From the NCBI GenBank assembly GCA_965232515.1, contig CBDDPY010000002.1, forward strand, positions 5,344,001-5,408,000: a stretch of 64,000 nucleotides of DNA. The letters run 5' to 3'. Shown piece by piece: positions 18,698 to 27,904 of the stretch. Within the stretch, counting starts at the first letter, position 1. Each line of letters begins with the position of its first letter. Position numbers and translations under genes: made by a program. The notes below the pieces were generated by a model. The model did no database searches, was not told the origin of the DNA, and worked only from the letters and a program-made list of their open reading frames with translations. Source of the stretch: Alphaproteobacteria bacterium. Lineage in GTDB: Bacteria > Pseudomonadota > Alphaproteobacteria > GCA-2731375.

Positions 18698-19459
18698 TCA
18701 CGCTTTCATGTCGAGGGACAGCTCGTGGGTCTCGCCGGCGGCGAACGTGACCTCGCGCGTGACTTCGCCGAGCAGCGGATGCCACATCACGAGCTCGTAG
18801 CTGCCGGGCGGTATGTCGCCGATATCGAAGCGGCCGTCGGCGCCCGTTGCGGCGAGATAGGGGTGGCTGGCGGTGTAGATCCAGGCCGACATCCAGTTAT
18901 GGGCGTCGCAGTCGATCTCGACCACCGTGCCCCGGCGCATCTTGAGGGTCGCCACGTCGGTCTGCCCCGCCGCCGGTTGCGCGATGTTGAACATCGTGCG
19001 CCGGGCCCGGCCGATCTGCTCGTAGGCGTGGATGTTGTGCAGCAGCGGATCGTGATTGACGACCGTGAGATCGGCGCCCTTCGCCGCGACCTGCACGAAC
19101 GGCTGGAACAGACAGGCCTTCTGATCGATCTTCGGCGTGGTCATGCCCGCGTCCCAGGGCTTGCCGGCGGCGACCTCGCGCAGGCCGACGACGCCGTCTT
19201 TCAGCGCGCCGTCATCCGTCACAGTCAGCGGATTCGGATTGACGTCGCCGACGCCGCATATGTGGGAGTCCTTCGAGATCAGCACGGCGTCCTCGGCCGG
19301 CGGCTCGCCCGTAAAGCGCAGGACGCCCGTGAGACGCGCGCCATCTTTCACGTCGGCTTCGGTATAGGCATTGCCGAGGCGCGGCAATCCAACGGCGCCG
19401 AGGGCGACAACAGCACCGCCGGCGAGGATCGCCCGGCGCCGGGTAAACGACTTGATCAC
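18698..19459 (-). CDS. Tat-exported protein with carboxypeptidase-regulatory-like and cupredoxin-like domains
   Basis: TRRRAIL Tat signal, HNIH...CDAHNWM, GRFDIGDIPPGSY; GTG start overlaps the upstream stop. Confidence 0.7.
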   Translation of the reverse strand: MIKSFTRRRAILAGGAVVALGAVGLPRLGNAYTEADVKDGARLTGVLRFTGEPPAEDAVLISKDSHICGVGDVNPNPLTVTDDGALKDGVVGLREVAAGKPWDAGMTTPKIDQKACLFQPFVQVAAKGADLTVVNHDPLLHNIHAYEQIGRARRTMFNIAQPAAGQTDVATLKMRRGTVVEIDCDAHNWMSAWIYTASHPYLAATGADGRFDIGDIPPGSYELVMWHPLLGEVTREVTFAAGETHELSLDMKA

Positions 19460-20211
19460 TGCTTTTCCTCCTGCGAAGCATCCGCTTCGGTTCTGAGCGA
19501 CAAGAGATATTCGGTCAGCGCCCACAACTCGTCGTGGGAGGCCCGTCCCGCGTAGGACGGCATCGGTGAGCCGTCGAGCCCGGTATAGAAGCGCGTCCAG
19601 ATTTCTTCCGGGGAATCGCCGCCCTTGTAGCTGCCGCTCACCAGGCTGGCGGCGAAGGTGCGGCGCCGGTCGTCGCCCTTCATCGTCAACGAGGAGGGGC
19701 CGTCGCCATGGCCCGTTTCGCCGTGGCAGGCGGCGCACTGCAGTCGCTCATAGACCTCACGGCCGAGCGCGATGTCGGCGGTTTCCGGCCGCGGCGGCAC
19801 CGTGACCGGCGTGCCTTCCACATCCATCCAGGCAAACGTGCGCACGACCTCGACCAGCGCCCAGCGATCCTTCTCCGACAGGGCCGCGAAGCTTGGCATC
19901 TGCGCGCCGTTCGAGCCGGCAAGGCCGTGCGTGATCGTGTCGAACAGGTCCCGCGCGGTCGGGAACTGGCCGGTCGGCGTCGAGCGGATCTTGAACACGC
20001 CGAGCGTCAGGTTGCGCGGCCGCTGGGCCAGATACATGGCGCCGGGTCCGTTGCCGTCGCCCTCGACGCCGTGACAGACGGCGCACTCCCGGGCATAGAG
20101 CTCCTGGCCGTGCGCCAGCAGGTCCGGATCGGGCGCGGTATATTGCGCCGCCGCCGGTCCGGCGAGCGCCGCCAAGGCGGCGCCAACCAACAGAATGGAT
20201 GCACGCTTCAT
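19456..20211 (-). CDS. Diheme cytochrome c
   Basis: Signal peptide, CAVCH and CAACH, each followed by an MPS distal-ligand motif. Confidence 0.9.
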   Translation of the reverse strand: MKRASILLVGAALAALAGPAAAQYTAPDPDLLAHGQELYARECAVCHGVEGDGNGPGAMYLAQRPRNLTLGVFKIRSTPTGQFPTARDLFDTITHGLAGSNGAQMPSFAALSEKDRWALVEVVRTFAWMDVEGTPVTVPPRPETADIALGREVYERLQCAACHGETGHGDGPSSLTMKGDDRRRTFAASLVSGSYKGGDSPEEIWTRFYTGLDGSPMPSYAGRASHDELWALTEYLLSLRTEADASQEEKQ

Positions 20212-20224
20212 GGCGGGCCTCCCG

Positions 20225-22837
20225 TCAACCGATGCTGCGTGGAATGAAGGACATGGCGGCATCGACGCTCTTCAGCGGCGTCTCGCCGGCCTTCTCGACC
20301 CGGCCCTTGCCAATCTTGTAGTTGTAGACGGCCGACACCGGATCGGTGACGGCCGAGACGACGGTGTTCGAGTTCTGGCCGGGATAGAACGCATAGGTGT
20401 AGGTGACGCCCGGCGCCACTTCGTCGGTCGGATAGGCGACCAGCGACAGCACGCCCTTGCTCGTGCGCCCGAGCTGGTCGACCACGGCGTCGTTAGTGAC
20501 GTGCACCAGGTCGCCGGCCTCAATCCCGCGGGCCTCGGCGTCGGCGTGGTTGATGAACAGCCAGTTCATCGGCCAGCGCTCGCGGATATAGGGCTTGCGC
20601 AGGTCGTCGTACATGGTCTGCCAGATGTGGTTGATCCGGCCGTTCATGACCCAGAGCTCGTCGCCCCGGGGTTTGAACTTCTCGAAGATCGGCTCGGCGA
20701 TGCGCCAGTCGCCGCGCATGAAGATCGCCCTGCCCGACTTCGTCTTGTACTTGGTGACGTTCCAGTTGTGGTTTTCGGGATCGGTGATCGTCTTGTCGTG
20801 CAGCCGGATCGTGCCGACCAGCTTGCCGTCGACCAGGCGGGCCGGAAGCTGGATGCCCGTGGTCGACAGCGCGCGCAGCTGCTCGTGGGCGGAGAGCCCA
20901 TTGGCGCGGGCGAACGCGATCAGCTTGGTATAGTCGTAATGGCCGCCCTTCGACCGCGCGGCGGCCTCTTCGAAGACTTCGTTGCCGTCCCGCCAGGCAA
21001 AGCCCTCGTAACCCATCTTGGTGGCGATCTGACCGACGATCCACCAGTCCGGCTTCGCGGAGCCGGGCGGATCGTAGAACTTGGAATAGATCCGCAGTCG
21101 CCGCTCGCCCTGCGCCCGGGTCAGGTCGGTCTCGCCCCAGGTGGCGGCCGGCAGGACCAGGTCGACATATTCGGTCAGGTCGTTCGGATAGATCTCCTGC
21201 ACCGCCAGCGCCATGCCGCCGGCATCCATCCGCGCCTTCAGCCGGGCGATGATCTCGTCGCGGTCCAGGCTGTCGACCTGGATCTCATGGCCGCGCGTCA
21301 GACCGTGGATCTTCTCCCGCAACGCCTGGCCCGAGGCCATCGACGTCACCCAGGTATGGCCGATGACATGGCAATAGCGGAGATTGCCTTCCATGGCGTG
21401 CCGGTCGAAATGTAGCGGCAGCTTCTCGCCGGTTTTCTCGCCGGTGATCGGATCGACGAAGACGTCGGTCGACTTCTTTATCGGATAGCCGGCGCCTTTC
21501 ATCATGCCGCGTTGATGGCCGCCGAGACGGCCCAGGATGCGGCCCGGCCGGCCCGAGGCGCCGTTGATCAGCGCCAGCGCCGAATACGAGCTGGTGTTGG
21601 GGAAATTGAACGACCAGTAATTGCCCTTCTCGAGAAAGAACGACGCCTTCGGCCGCAGCTTGCCGCGCGGCTTCGCCAGCATCTCCGCCGCCAGCTTCAG
21701 CTTCCCGGCCGGCACGCCGGTAATCCCGGCGGCCTTTTCCAGCGTGTAGGCGTCGTCCGCCAGGACGAACGCCTTGTAGTCCGCGAACGGGCCGCCATAG
21801 CGCTTGCGGCGCCACGAGGTCTCCTTCGCCATGTCGTCCTCGGACACCGTGTATTCGGCGATGAATTCGCGGTCCTCCCAGCCCTGTTCCAGGATGTAGC
21901 GGGCGATGGCGTTGTTCAAAACGCTGTCGGTGCCGGGCGTCAGCTGCAGGTGCAGGCCGCCCGAGCGCTTGGCATAGGCCGCCGTCGGGCTCTTGCGCGG
22001 ATTGACCTGGATGATCTTCGCGCCGCCCGGCGCCATCCATTCGGTGAACAGGATGGTGTGGTTCTCATACGGGTCCGAGCCCGAGATCATGATGACGTCG
22101 GCATCCGTCACGTCCGGATAGCCGTATGAGAAGCCGTCGACGCCCGCGTCATCGACGCCGGTGGCGTCGTTTGCCGCGGTGTTCTTGTCGTGCTCGGCGC
22201 CGGCCGGCGTGCCGATGGCGCCGTAGGCCCATTTGGTCAGGGCGTAGGTGTTCTCCCAGAACTGGTACGAGTAGTACTTGATGCCCCAGGCCTGCTCGCC
22301 CCAGGTGTCGATGGCGTAGCGGCCGAGCTCGGCCGCGATCGTCGTCGCGTCCTCCCAGGAAATCGCGTGCAGCATGCCGCGCGACCGGACCATCGGCGTT
22401 TGCAGGCGTTCGGCCGTCGGGCGTTTCGGGTTGTAGGGCTTGAGGCCGAGCGTGCCGCCCCGGACCGAGTGGTTGCCCTTGCGGTTCACCGCCGTTTCGC
22501 CGTCCGGCACGATGACGACGTGGTGCGGCTCGCCCTTGTACTGCACGATATTGTGCATGTTCGGGCTGATCCACTTGCCCGACAGCGGCCCCGTCGGGAA
22601 CTGTTCTTTGAAAGCATTTTCGTCCGGTTTCGCGCCGCCCTCGGCGTGATACGGCCAGCGGTAGACCTTGTAGGCGCAGCCGACGATGCAGTACTCGCAG
22701 GCCGTCGGCAGGACGTCGGCATTCGCCGGCGGGACCGGCACCTCGTCCACGGGCACGTCGTAGGTGCCGGTGTCGAGCGACGGCGTTCGCGCCGCCAGCA
22801 GGAACTCGCGGCGTGATTTGTCGGAGCGGTCGGTCAT
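20225..22837 (-). CDS. Molybdopterin oxidoreductase large subunit, AioA/IdrA-like (divergent)
   Basis: CEYCIVGCAY (Cx2Cx3C) with distal Ser in HSVRGG, ENT, EKG, RLGGHQ, LVLPAATWGE, KPDW, NGRINHIWQT; 870 aa. Confidence 0.88.
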   Translation of the reverse strand: MTDRSDKSRREFLLAARTPSLDTGTYDVPVDEVPVPPANADVLPTACEYCIVGCAYKVYRWPYHAEGGAKPDENAFKEQFPTGPLSGKWISPNMHNIVQYKGEPHHVVIVPDGETAVNRKGNHSVRGGTLGLKPYNPKRPTAERLQTPMVRSRGMLHAISWEDATTIAAELGRYAIDTWGEQAWGIKYYSYQFWENTYALTKWAYGAIGTPAGAEHDKNTAANDATGVDDAGVDGFSYGYPDVTDADVIMISGSDPYENHTILFTEWMAPGGAKIIQVNPRKSPTAAYAKRSGGLHLQLTPGTDSVLNNAIARYILEQGWEDREFIAEYTVSEDDMAKETSWRRKRYGGPFADYKAFVLADDAYTLEKAAGITGVPAGKLKLAAEMLAKPRGKLRPKASFFLEKGNYWSFNFPNTSSYSALALINGASGRPGRILGRLGGHQRGMMKGAGYPIKKSTDVFVDPITGEKTGEKLPLHFDRHAMEGNLRYCHVIGHTWVTSMASGQALREKIHGLTRGHEIQVDSLDRDEIIARLKARMDAGGMALAVQEIYPNDLTEYVDLVLPAATWGETDLTRAQGERRLRIYSKFYDPPGSAKPDWWIVGQIATKMGYEGFAWRDGNEVFEEAAARSKGGHYDYTKLIAFARANGLSAHEQLRALSTTGIQLPARLVDGKLVGTIRLHDKTITDPENHNWNVTKYKTKSGRAIFMRGDWRIAEPIFEKFKPRGDELWVMNGRINHIWQTMYDDLRKPYIRERWPMNWLFINHADAEARGIEAGDLVHVTNDAVVDQLGRTSKGVLSLVAYPTDEVAPGVTYTYAFYPGQNSNTVVSAVTDPVSAVYNYKIGKGRVEKAGETPLKSVDAAMSFIPRSIG

Positions 22838-22848
22838 TGTCGCCTCCC

Positions 22849-23445
22849 TCAACCGCGCATCAGCCGCCGGCCTGCGCCGGCCGGCTCCCGAGCGCCGTCG
22901 GCGAAGGCGCCGCCTTCCAGATTGTTGCGCTGGCCGTAGATCAGCCCGATCACGCCGATCGCGACGATGTCGTCGCCGTCCAGCCGCAGGACGATCTGGG
23001 GCAGGTTCTGCGTCGCCTGGGCATGGACGGGAATGCCGCCCTTGGTCAGATCGAAGACCGAGAAGTGCATCGGACACGGCCCCAGTGCCTTGGTGTCGTG
23101 CCGATAGCGCCCGCGCAGCGGACCGCCCATATGCGGACAGAGCGTCGAATAGGCGACGATGTCGCGAGCGGGGCCGACGCCACGGCGCGCCTCCGTGCCC
23201 AGCTTCACCAACAGGTTCGGCTGCTGCTTCAGGGGATAGGCGAAGGCGACCGGCTCGCCCTCGGCCAGCTCGGAAGCTTTCGCGATACGCAGCTCGGGAT
23301 AAATATCTCGGCTGAGGTCGGCCGCGCCGGTGGCCGCCTCGACGATATCGGCCGGCGCGAATGTCGTCGCCAGGGCGCCGCCGGCCACGCCTTTCAATGC
23401 CAGCCTGCGGCCGAAGCAGTAGTCCGATTTCGATTGGTCCGTCAT
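22849..23445 (-). CDS. Rieske [2Fe-2S] small subunit, AioB/IdrB-like, Tat signal
   Basis: GRRLALKG Tat motif, GVGPARDIVAYS, CPHMG, CPMHFSVFD, QATQNLPQ. Confidence 0.92.
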   Translation of the reverse strand: MTDQSKSDYCFGRRLALKGVAGGALATTFAPADIVEAATGAADLSRDIYPELRIAKASELAEGEPVAFAYPLKQQPNLLVKLGTEARRGVGPARDIVAYSTLCPHMGGPLRGRYRHDTKALGPCPMHFSVFDLTKGGIPVHAQATQNLPQIVLRLDGDDIVAIGVIGLIYGQRNNLEGGAFADGAREPAGAGRRLMRG

Positions 23446-23540
23446 GACGCATCCCTCGTTCGTTTGGGTGCCGGTTCGGGGTCGTCGTCCGTTCCGCGCG
23501 CCCGCGATTGCTTCGGCCGAAGGGCCCTGATGCTGCCTAG

Positions 23541-23565
23541 AACGGCGCCTTATCGGGATGGGTTC
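23541..23565 (-). promoter_or_regulatory. Putative ECF sigma promoter for the oxidoreductase operon
   Basis: Minus strand GAAC-ccatcccgataaggcgc(17)-CGTT, about 95 nt upstream of the Rieske start. Confidence 0.6.
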
Positions 23566-23604
23566 GTGACTTTTGTTAACCATGTTCGCCGGCAACGAAG
23601 TCGT

Positions 23605-23629
23605 GAACTCATCGCCGGTCGGGCGCGTT
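23605..23629 (+). promoter_or_regulatory. Putative ECF autoregulatory promoter
   Basis: GAAC-tcatcgccggtcgggcg(17)-CGTT, about 98 nt upstream of the sigma gene. Confidence 0.6.
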
Positions 23630-23726
23630 ATATGTTGCTGGAAACCGTTTCCCGACCGTCGCGCCCACCGGCTGAATCCGGCGTTTTTGGCGCGGCGGTT
23701 TCGTGCGCTGAAAGACGTTTTCGCCA

Positions 23727-24344
23727 ATGCTGGGTTTCACCGAGGCACGCCGCCGAAAGAAGTTCGAAGCGATGACGAAACCGCATCTCGATGCCCTTTA
23801 CCGGACCGCCCGGCGCATGACCGGTCACGCGCAGACGGCCGAGGACGTGGTGCAGGAAACCTGCCTGAAGGCCTATCGCGGTCTCGACGGATTTCAGGCC
23901 GGCACCAATTACGGCGCCTGGTTGTTCCGCATCCTGACCAACACTTGCATCGACTGGCGGCGGCGTCGCGGTATCGGCGAGACCGTCGACCTGCACGCGC
24001 TGCCCGACGCCATGCTGGGCGGCGATGTCGGCTCGGCGACGCAGGACCGGCGCGAGCCCGATCCCGAGGCGCACCTGATGGTGGCGGAGTTCCGCCGCGA
24101 CGTCATGGGCGCCATCGACCGCTTGTCGCCGGAGTTGCGGATGGTCGTGCTGCTGGCCGTGTTCGAGGAGTACAGCTACGCCGAGATCGCCGAGGCCGTC
24201 GATTGCCCGATCGGCACCGTGCGCTCGCGGCTGAACCGCGGCCGCCAGCAACTGCAGGCCGAGCTTTCGGCCTATCGTACCGTCGAGTTGGTCCCGGTAT
24301 CGCCCGACCGGGCGGCCAGGGGCGGAGGCTGTGGCGAGCCATGA
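23727..24344 (+). CDS. ECF sigma-70 factor
   Basis: AEDVVQET, AWLFRILTN, SYAEIAEAVDCPIGTVRSRLNRGR. Confidence 0.95.
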   Translation: MLGFTEARRRKKFEAMTKPHLDALYRTARRMTGHAQTAEDVVQETCLKAYRGLDGFQAGTNYGAWLFRILTNTCIDWRRRRGIGETVDLHALPDAMLGGDVGSATQDRREPDPEAHLMVAEFRRDVMGAIDRLSPELRMVVLLAVFEEYSYAEIAEAVDCPIGTVRSRLNRGRQQLQAELSAYRTVELVPVSPDRAARGGGCGEP

Positions 24345-25288
24345 GCAAGATGACCTGCGAGCAGGTGCGGCAGCGCCTTTTCGACTACCTCGACGGCATC
24401 GGCGAAGCCGGCGAACGCACCGCGATCGCCGCGCATCTCGACGGTTGTCCGGCCTGCACCGCCGAGCTGCGCGCGACCGGCGGGATGGAGAAACGCATGC
24501 GACAGGCACTCGCCGGCGACCGCGCGCCGGACGGCCTTTGGGACCGGGTGATGGCGTCCATCGACGCGGACGACGGGGCCAAGCCGCGCGGCTGGCGCAC
24601 CGGCTGGCCGGCGATGGCCGTGGCGGCGGCGGTCGCCGCCCTGCTGATCGCCGTCGTCGGCCTGATCTCGCTGCCGGGGCAGCAGACGGTGCAGCCGACG
24701 GCGCTGGTGGTCGAGCCGGTGAACGACTTCATCACCTATCGCCTGAGCGGCCGGCCGCTCGACGTCGAAAGCGCCGATCCGGCGGCGCTGGCGCAATGGT
24801 TCAGCGGCAAGACCGAGGCCGGCGTGCCGCGCGATATCCCGGCCCCGGCCGGCTTCCGGCTGGTCGGCAGCCGCCTCTGCTATTTCCTCAACCGCCGGCT
24901 TGCGGCTCTGATGTATCAGTCCGAGGCCGGCTTGCTGTCGCTCTACGTCATGTCCGACCACGACATCGTCATGCCGGAAGCGCGCTTCGACGCCGCCGTC
25001 GGCCGTGCGCTGTCGAGCCATCGCGTCAACGACCACAACAGCCTGATCTGGCGCAACGACGGCCGGGTCTACGTGCTGGTCTCCGACCTGCCCAAACCCG
25101 ACATGCGCCGCTTTCTCGAAGGCATGCAGGCGGCGATGCGGGACGCGCCGGCGGGTTATCCCCGGGTCATGACGACGATGGTGGTCAGCACGACCGGCGT
25201 CAGCGCCAGCGCCGGGATGATCAATCCGGCGAAGCCGAAGCAGGCGGCGGCGAAAATCCACCCCATCACGCCGTTGGCGATGAAATAG
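24341..25288 (+). CDS. Zinc-binding transmembrane anti-sigma factor
   Basis: HLDGCPAC (Hx3Cx2C), single TM, periplasmic domain; ATGA overlap with the sigma gene. Confidence 0.9.
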   Translation: MSKMTCEQVRQRLFDYLDGIGEAGERTAIAAHLDGCPACTAELRATGGMEKRMRQALAGDRAPDGLWDRVMASIDADDGAKPRGWRTGWPAMAVAAAVAALLIAVVGLISLPGQQTVQPTALVVEPVNDFITYRLSGRPLDVESADPAALAQWFSGKTEAGVPRDIPAPAGFRLVGSRLCYFLNRRLAALMYQSEAGLLSLYVMSDHDIVMPEARFDAAVGRALSSHRVNDHNSLIWRNDGRVYVLVSDLPKPDMRRFLEGMQAAMRDAPAGYPRVMTTMVVSTTGVSASAGMINPAKPKQAAAKIHPITPLAMK

Positions 25289-25410
25289 TACTTCGCGTCC
25301 GGCGGACCGAGCAGGGCGTCGCGGAGGAACCAGCCCAGCACTGGGATCCGGCACAGCCATAAAATGGCCGCCGGCGGCCGTGCGCGATCCTCCGCCACGT
25401 CCGCCGCCAT
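25156..25410 (-). CDS. Small hypothetical membrane protein
   Basis: 84 aa hydrophobic ORF (RIPVLGWFLRDAL) directly after the PCuAC stop; overlaps the anti-sigma 3' end. Confidence 0.6.
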   Translation of the reverse strand: MAADVAEDRARPPAAILWLCRIPVLGWFLRDALLGPPDAKYYFIANGVMGWIFAAACFGFAGLIIPALALTPVVLTTIVVMTRG

Positions 25411-25411
25411 G

Positions 25412-25936
25412 TCAGTTGGTCTTGTGCTTACCGTGCGACATGCCGTGCCCGGAATGGTCCATCTTACCGCCGCCCGAACCGCGCGCGCCGACCGGCTCGA
25501 CGTCGAACTCGAGATCGATCGATCCCGCTTTCTCGAAGGTCAGCGTCGCGGTCACCGGATCGCCTTCGACCAGCGGCGCTTTCAGCTGCATGAACATCAC
25601 GTGATAGCTGCCGGGCTTCAGCTCGACGGTCTCGCCGGGCGGAATCTCCAGGCCGGCGGGCAGGCGGCGCATGCGCATCACGCCGTCTTTCATGGCCATC
25701 TCGTGGATCTCGATCTTGCCGGCGAAATCGGCCGCGCCGGCGACCAGCCGGTCGGTCTCGCTGCCCATGTTCTTGATGGTCATGTAGCCGCCCCCGACCT
25801 TGGCGCCGCCGGGCGTCGCCCGCGTCCAGGGATGATCGATCGCCAGCGAACCGATCTTGTAGTCGTGCGCCATCGCGGTCGTGACAAACGCCGAGAGGCT
25901 AAGGGTCAAAGCGGTAAGGATGCGGATATAGGTCAT
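25412..25936 (-). CDS. Periplasmic copper chaperone PCu(A)C
   Basis: HPWTRAT, EIHEM..MRM, LKPGSYHVMF, His/Met-rich tail. Confidence 0.95.
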   Translation of the reverse strand: MTYIRILTALTLSLSAFVTTAMAHDYKIGSLAIDHPWTRATPGGAKVGGGYMTIKNMGSETDRLVAGAADFAGKIEIHEMAMKDGVMRMRRLPAGLEIPPGETVELKPGSYHVMFMQLKAPLVEGDPVTATLTFEKAGSIDLEFDVEPVGARGSGGGKMDHSGHGMSHGKHKTN

Positions 25937-26002
25937 TGCTCACTCCAATCGTCTGATCGACAGGCCAGGGCCGTCCGCGTCGGCCGCGGCGGCGTCGTCT
26001 TG

Positions 26003-26416
26003 TCAGATGGCGTGATTGGAGGGTGGCGCGCGGGCTTCGGCCGTGCTGGTGGCGAGGCGGCCGGCCAGAACGACGCCCGCGGCGGGCGCCAGGACGATCT
26101 GACGGAAGCTCGGCGCCGGCATGGCGGGCAGGGCCACCGGCCCAAGACCGGGCGCCGCGGTCAGCCGGCAGGCCTCGCACTCGGGGTTGTCGATGTCGCT
26201 ATGGCCGCCGGTCAGACCGTTTTGGGTACAAAGGACCGGCGTCGTGCCGTCGGGCAGGGTGAAGGCGCTCAGGTCCGGCGCGGCCTGCGCCGGCCGCGGC
26301 TGATGCCCGGCGACCAGCAGCAGGCTCGCCAGCGCGTAGAGCGCGCTGACCGCCAGCCGGATTTGTCTGTTGCGACACCGTCTCAACATGGGCGCAGCAT
26401 GCCACGTCCGGCGCAC
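26003..26416 (-). CDS. DUF2946-like small protein
   Basis: Hydrophobic N-terminus, LC, CEAC and terminal RAPP; upstream of PCuAC; start uncertain. Confidence 0.7.
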   Translation of the reverse strand: MRRTWHAAPMLRRCRNRQIRLAVSALYALASLLLVAGHQPRPAQAAPDLSAFTLPDGTTPVLCTQNGLTGGHSDIDNPECEACRLTAAPGLGPVALPAMPAPSFRQIVLAPAAGVVLAGRLATSTAEARAPPSNHAI

Positions 26417-26463
26417 AGGTCAAAGATGGTCCGGCCGCTGCGGCATCAGGCCGCACGAAGATC

Positions 26464-27157
<694 letters not shown>

Positions 27158-27165
<8 letters not shown>

Positions 27166-27904
27166 GACCGCTCTCCGGCGCCCGCATGCGCTCGGCCGCG
27201 CCATGGCCCAGATAGGCCTCGATCACCCGCGGGTCGGCGGCGATCTCGGCCGGCGCGCCCTCGGCGATCAGTACGCCGTCGTTCAGCACATAGGTGTAGT
27301 CCGACAGGTTCATCACCGCCTGCATGACATGTTCGATCAGGAAGATGGTGATGCCGCCGGCGCGGATGTCCTTGATCAGCGCGACGATGTCGTCGATCTC
27401 GGTCGGGTTCAGTCCGGCCATGACCTCGTCCAGCAGCAGCAGTTGCGGCTCGGTGGCGAGCGCCCGGGCCAGCTCCAGCCGCTTGCGGCCGGCGACCGTC
27501 AGGCCGTCGGCCGGCTGCTCGGCCTGCGCCGCCATGCCGACGCGGTCCAGCACGGCGCGGGCGCGGTCTGCCGCCTCGCGCCGGTCCGCCGTGCGGTGAT
27601 AGGCGCCGACCATGACATTCTCCAGCGTCGTCAGGCCGGCGAACGGCTGGGTGATCTGGAACGTGCGCACCATGCCGCGGGCGCAGATCCGGTGCGGCTT
27701 CAGGCCGACGATGTCCTGGTCCTGGAAGCGCACGCTGCCCGCGTCCGGTGTCAGGAAGCCGGCGACCATGGCGAATAGCGTCGTTTTGCCGGCGCCGTTC
27801 GGCCCGATCAGCGAGACGATCCGGCCCGCGTCCACGTTGAGGTCGACATTGCTGACGGCGGCAAGACCGCCGAAGGATTTCGACAGGCCGCGAACGTCAA
27901 GCAT
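27158..27904 (-). CDS. livG: Branched-chain amino acid-type ABC ATPase
   Basis: GPNGAGKT, RTFQ, LLLDE, VIEAYLG. Confidence 0.93.

Noticed and set aside
20225-23445. Assigning gene symbols aioA/aioB or idrA/idrB
   Set aside because: Active-site segments and gene context fit neither family cleanly; a phylogeny is needed.
20225-23452. 1075-aa version of the Mo subunit (Rieske fusion)
   Set aside because: The extension is an alternative frame over the Rieske gene; an RBS (GAGGGAGG) precedes the ATG at 22837.
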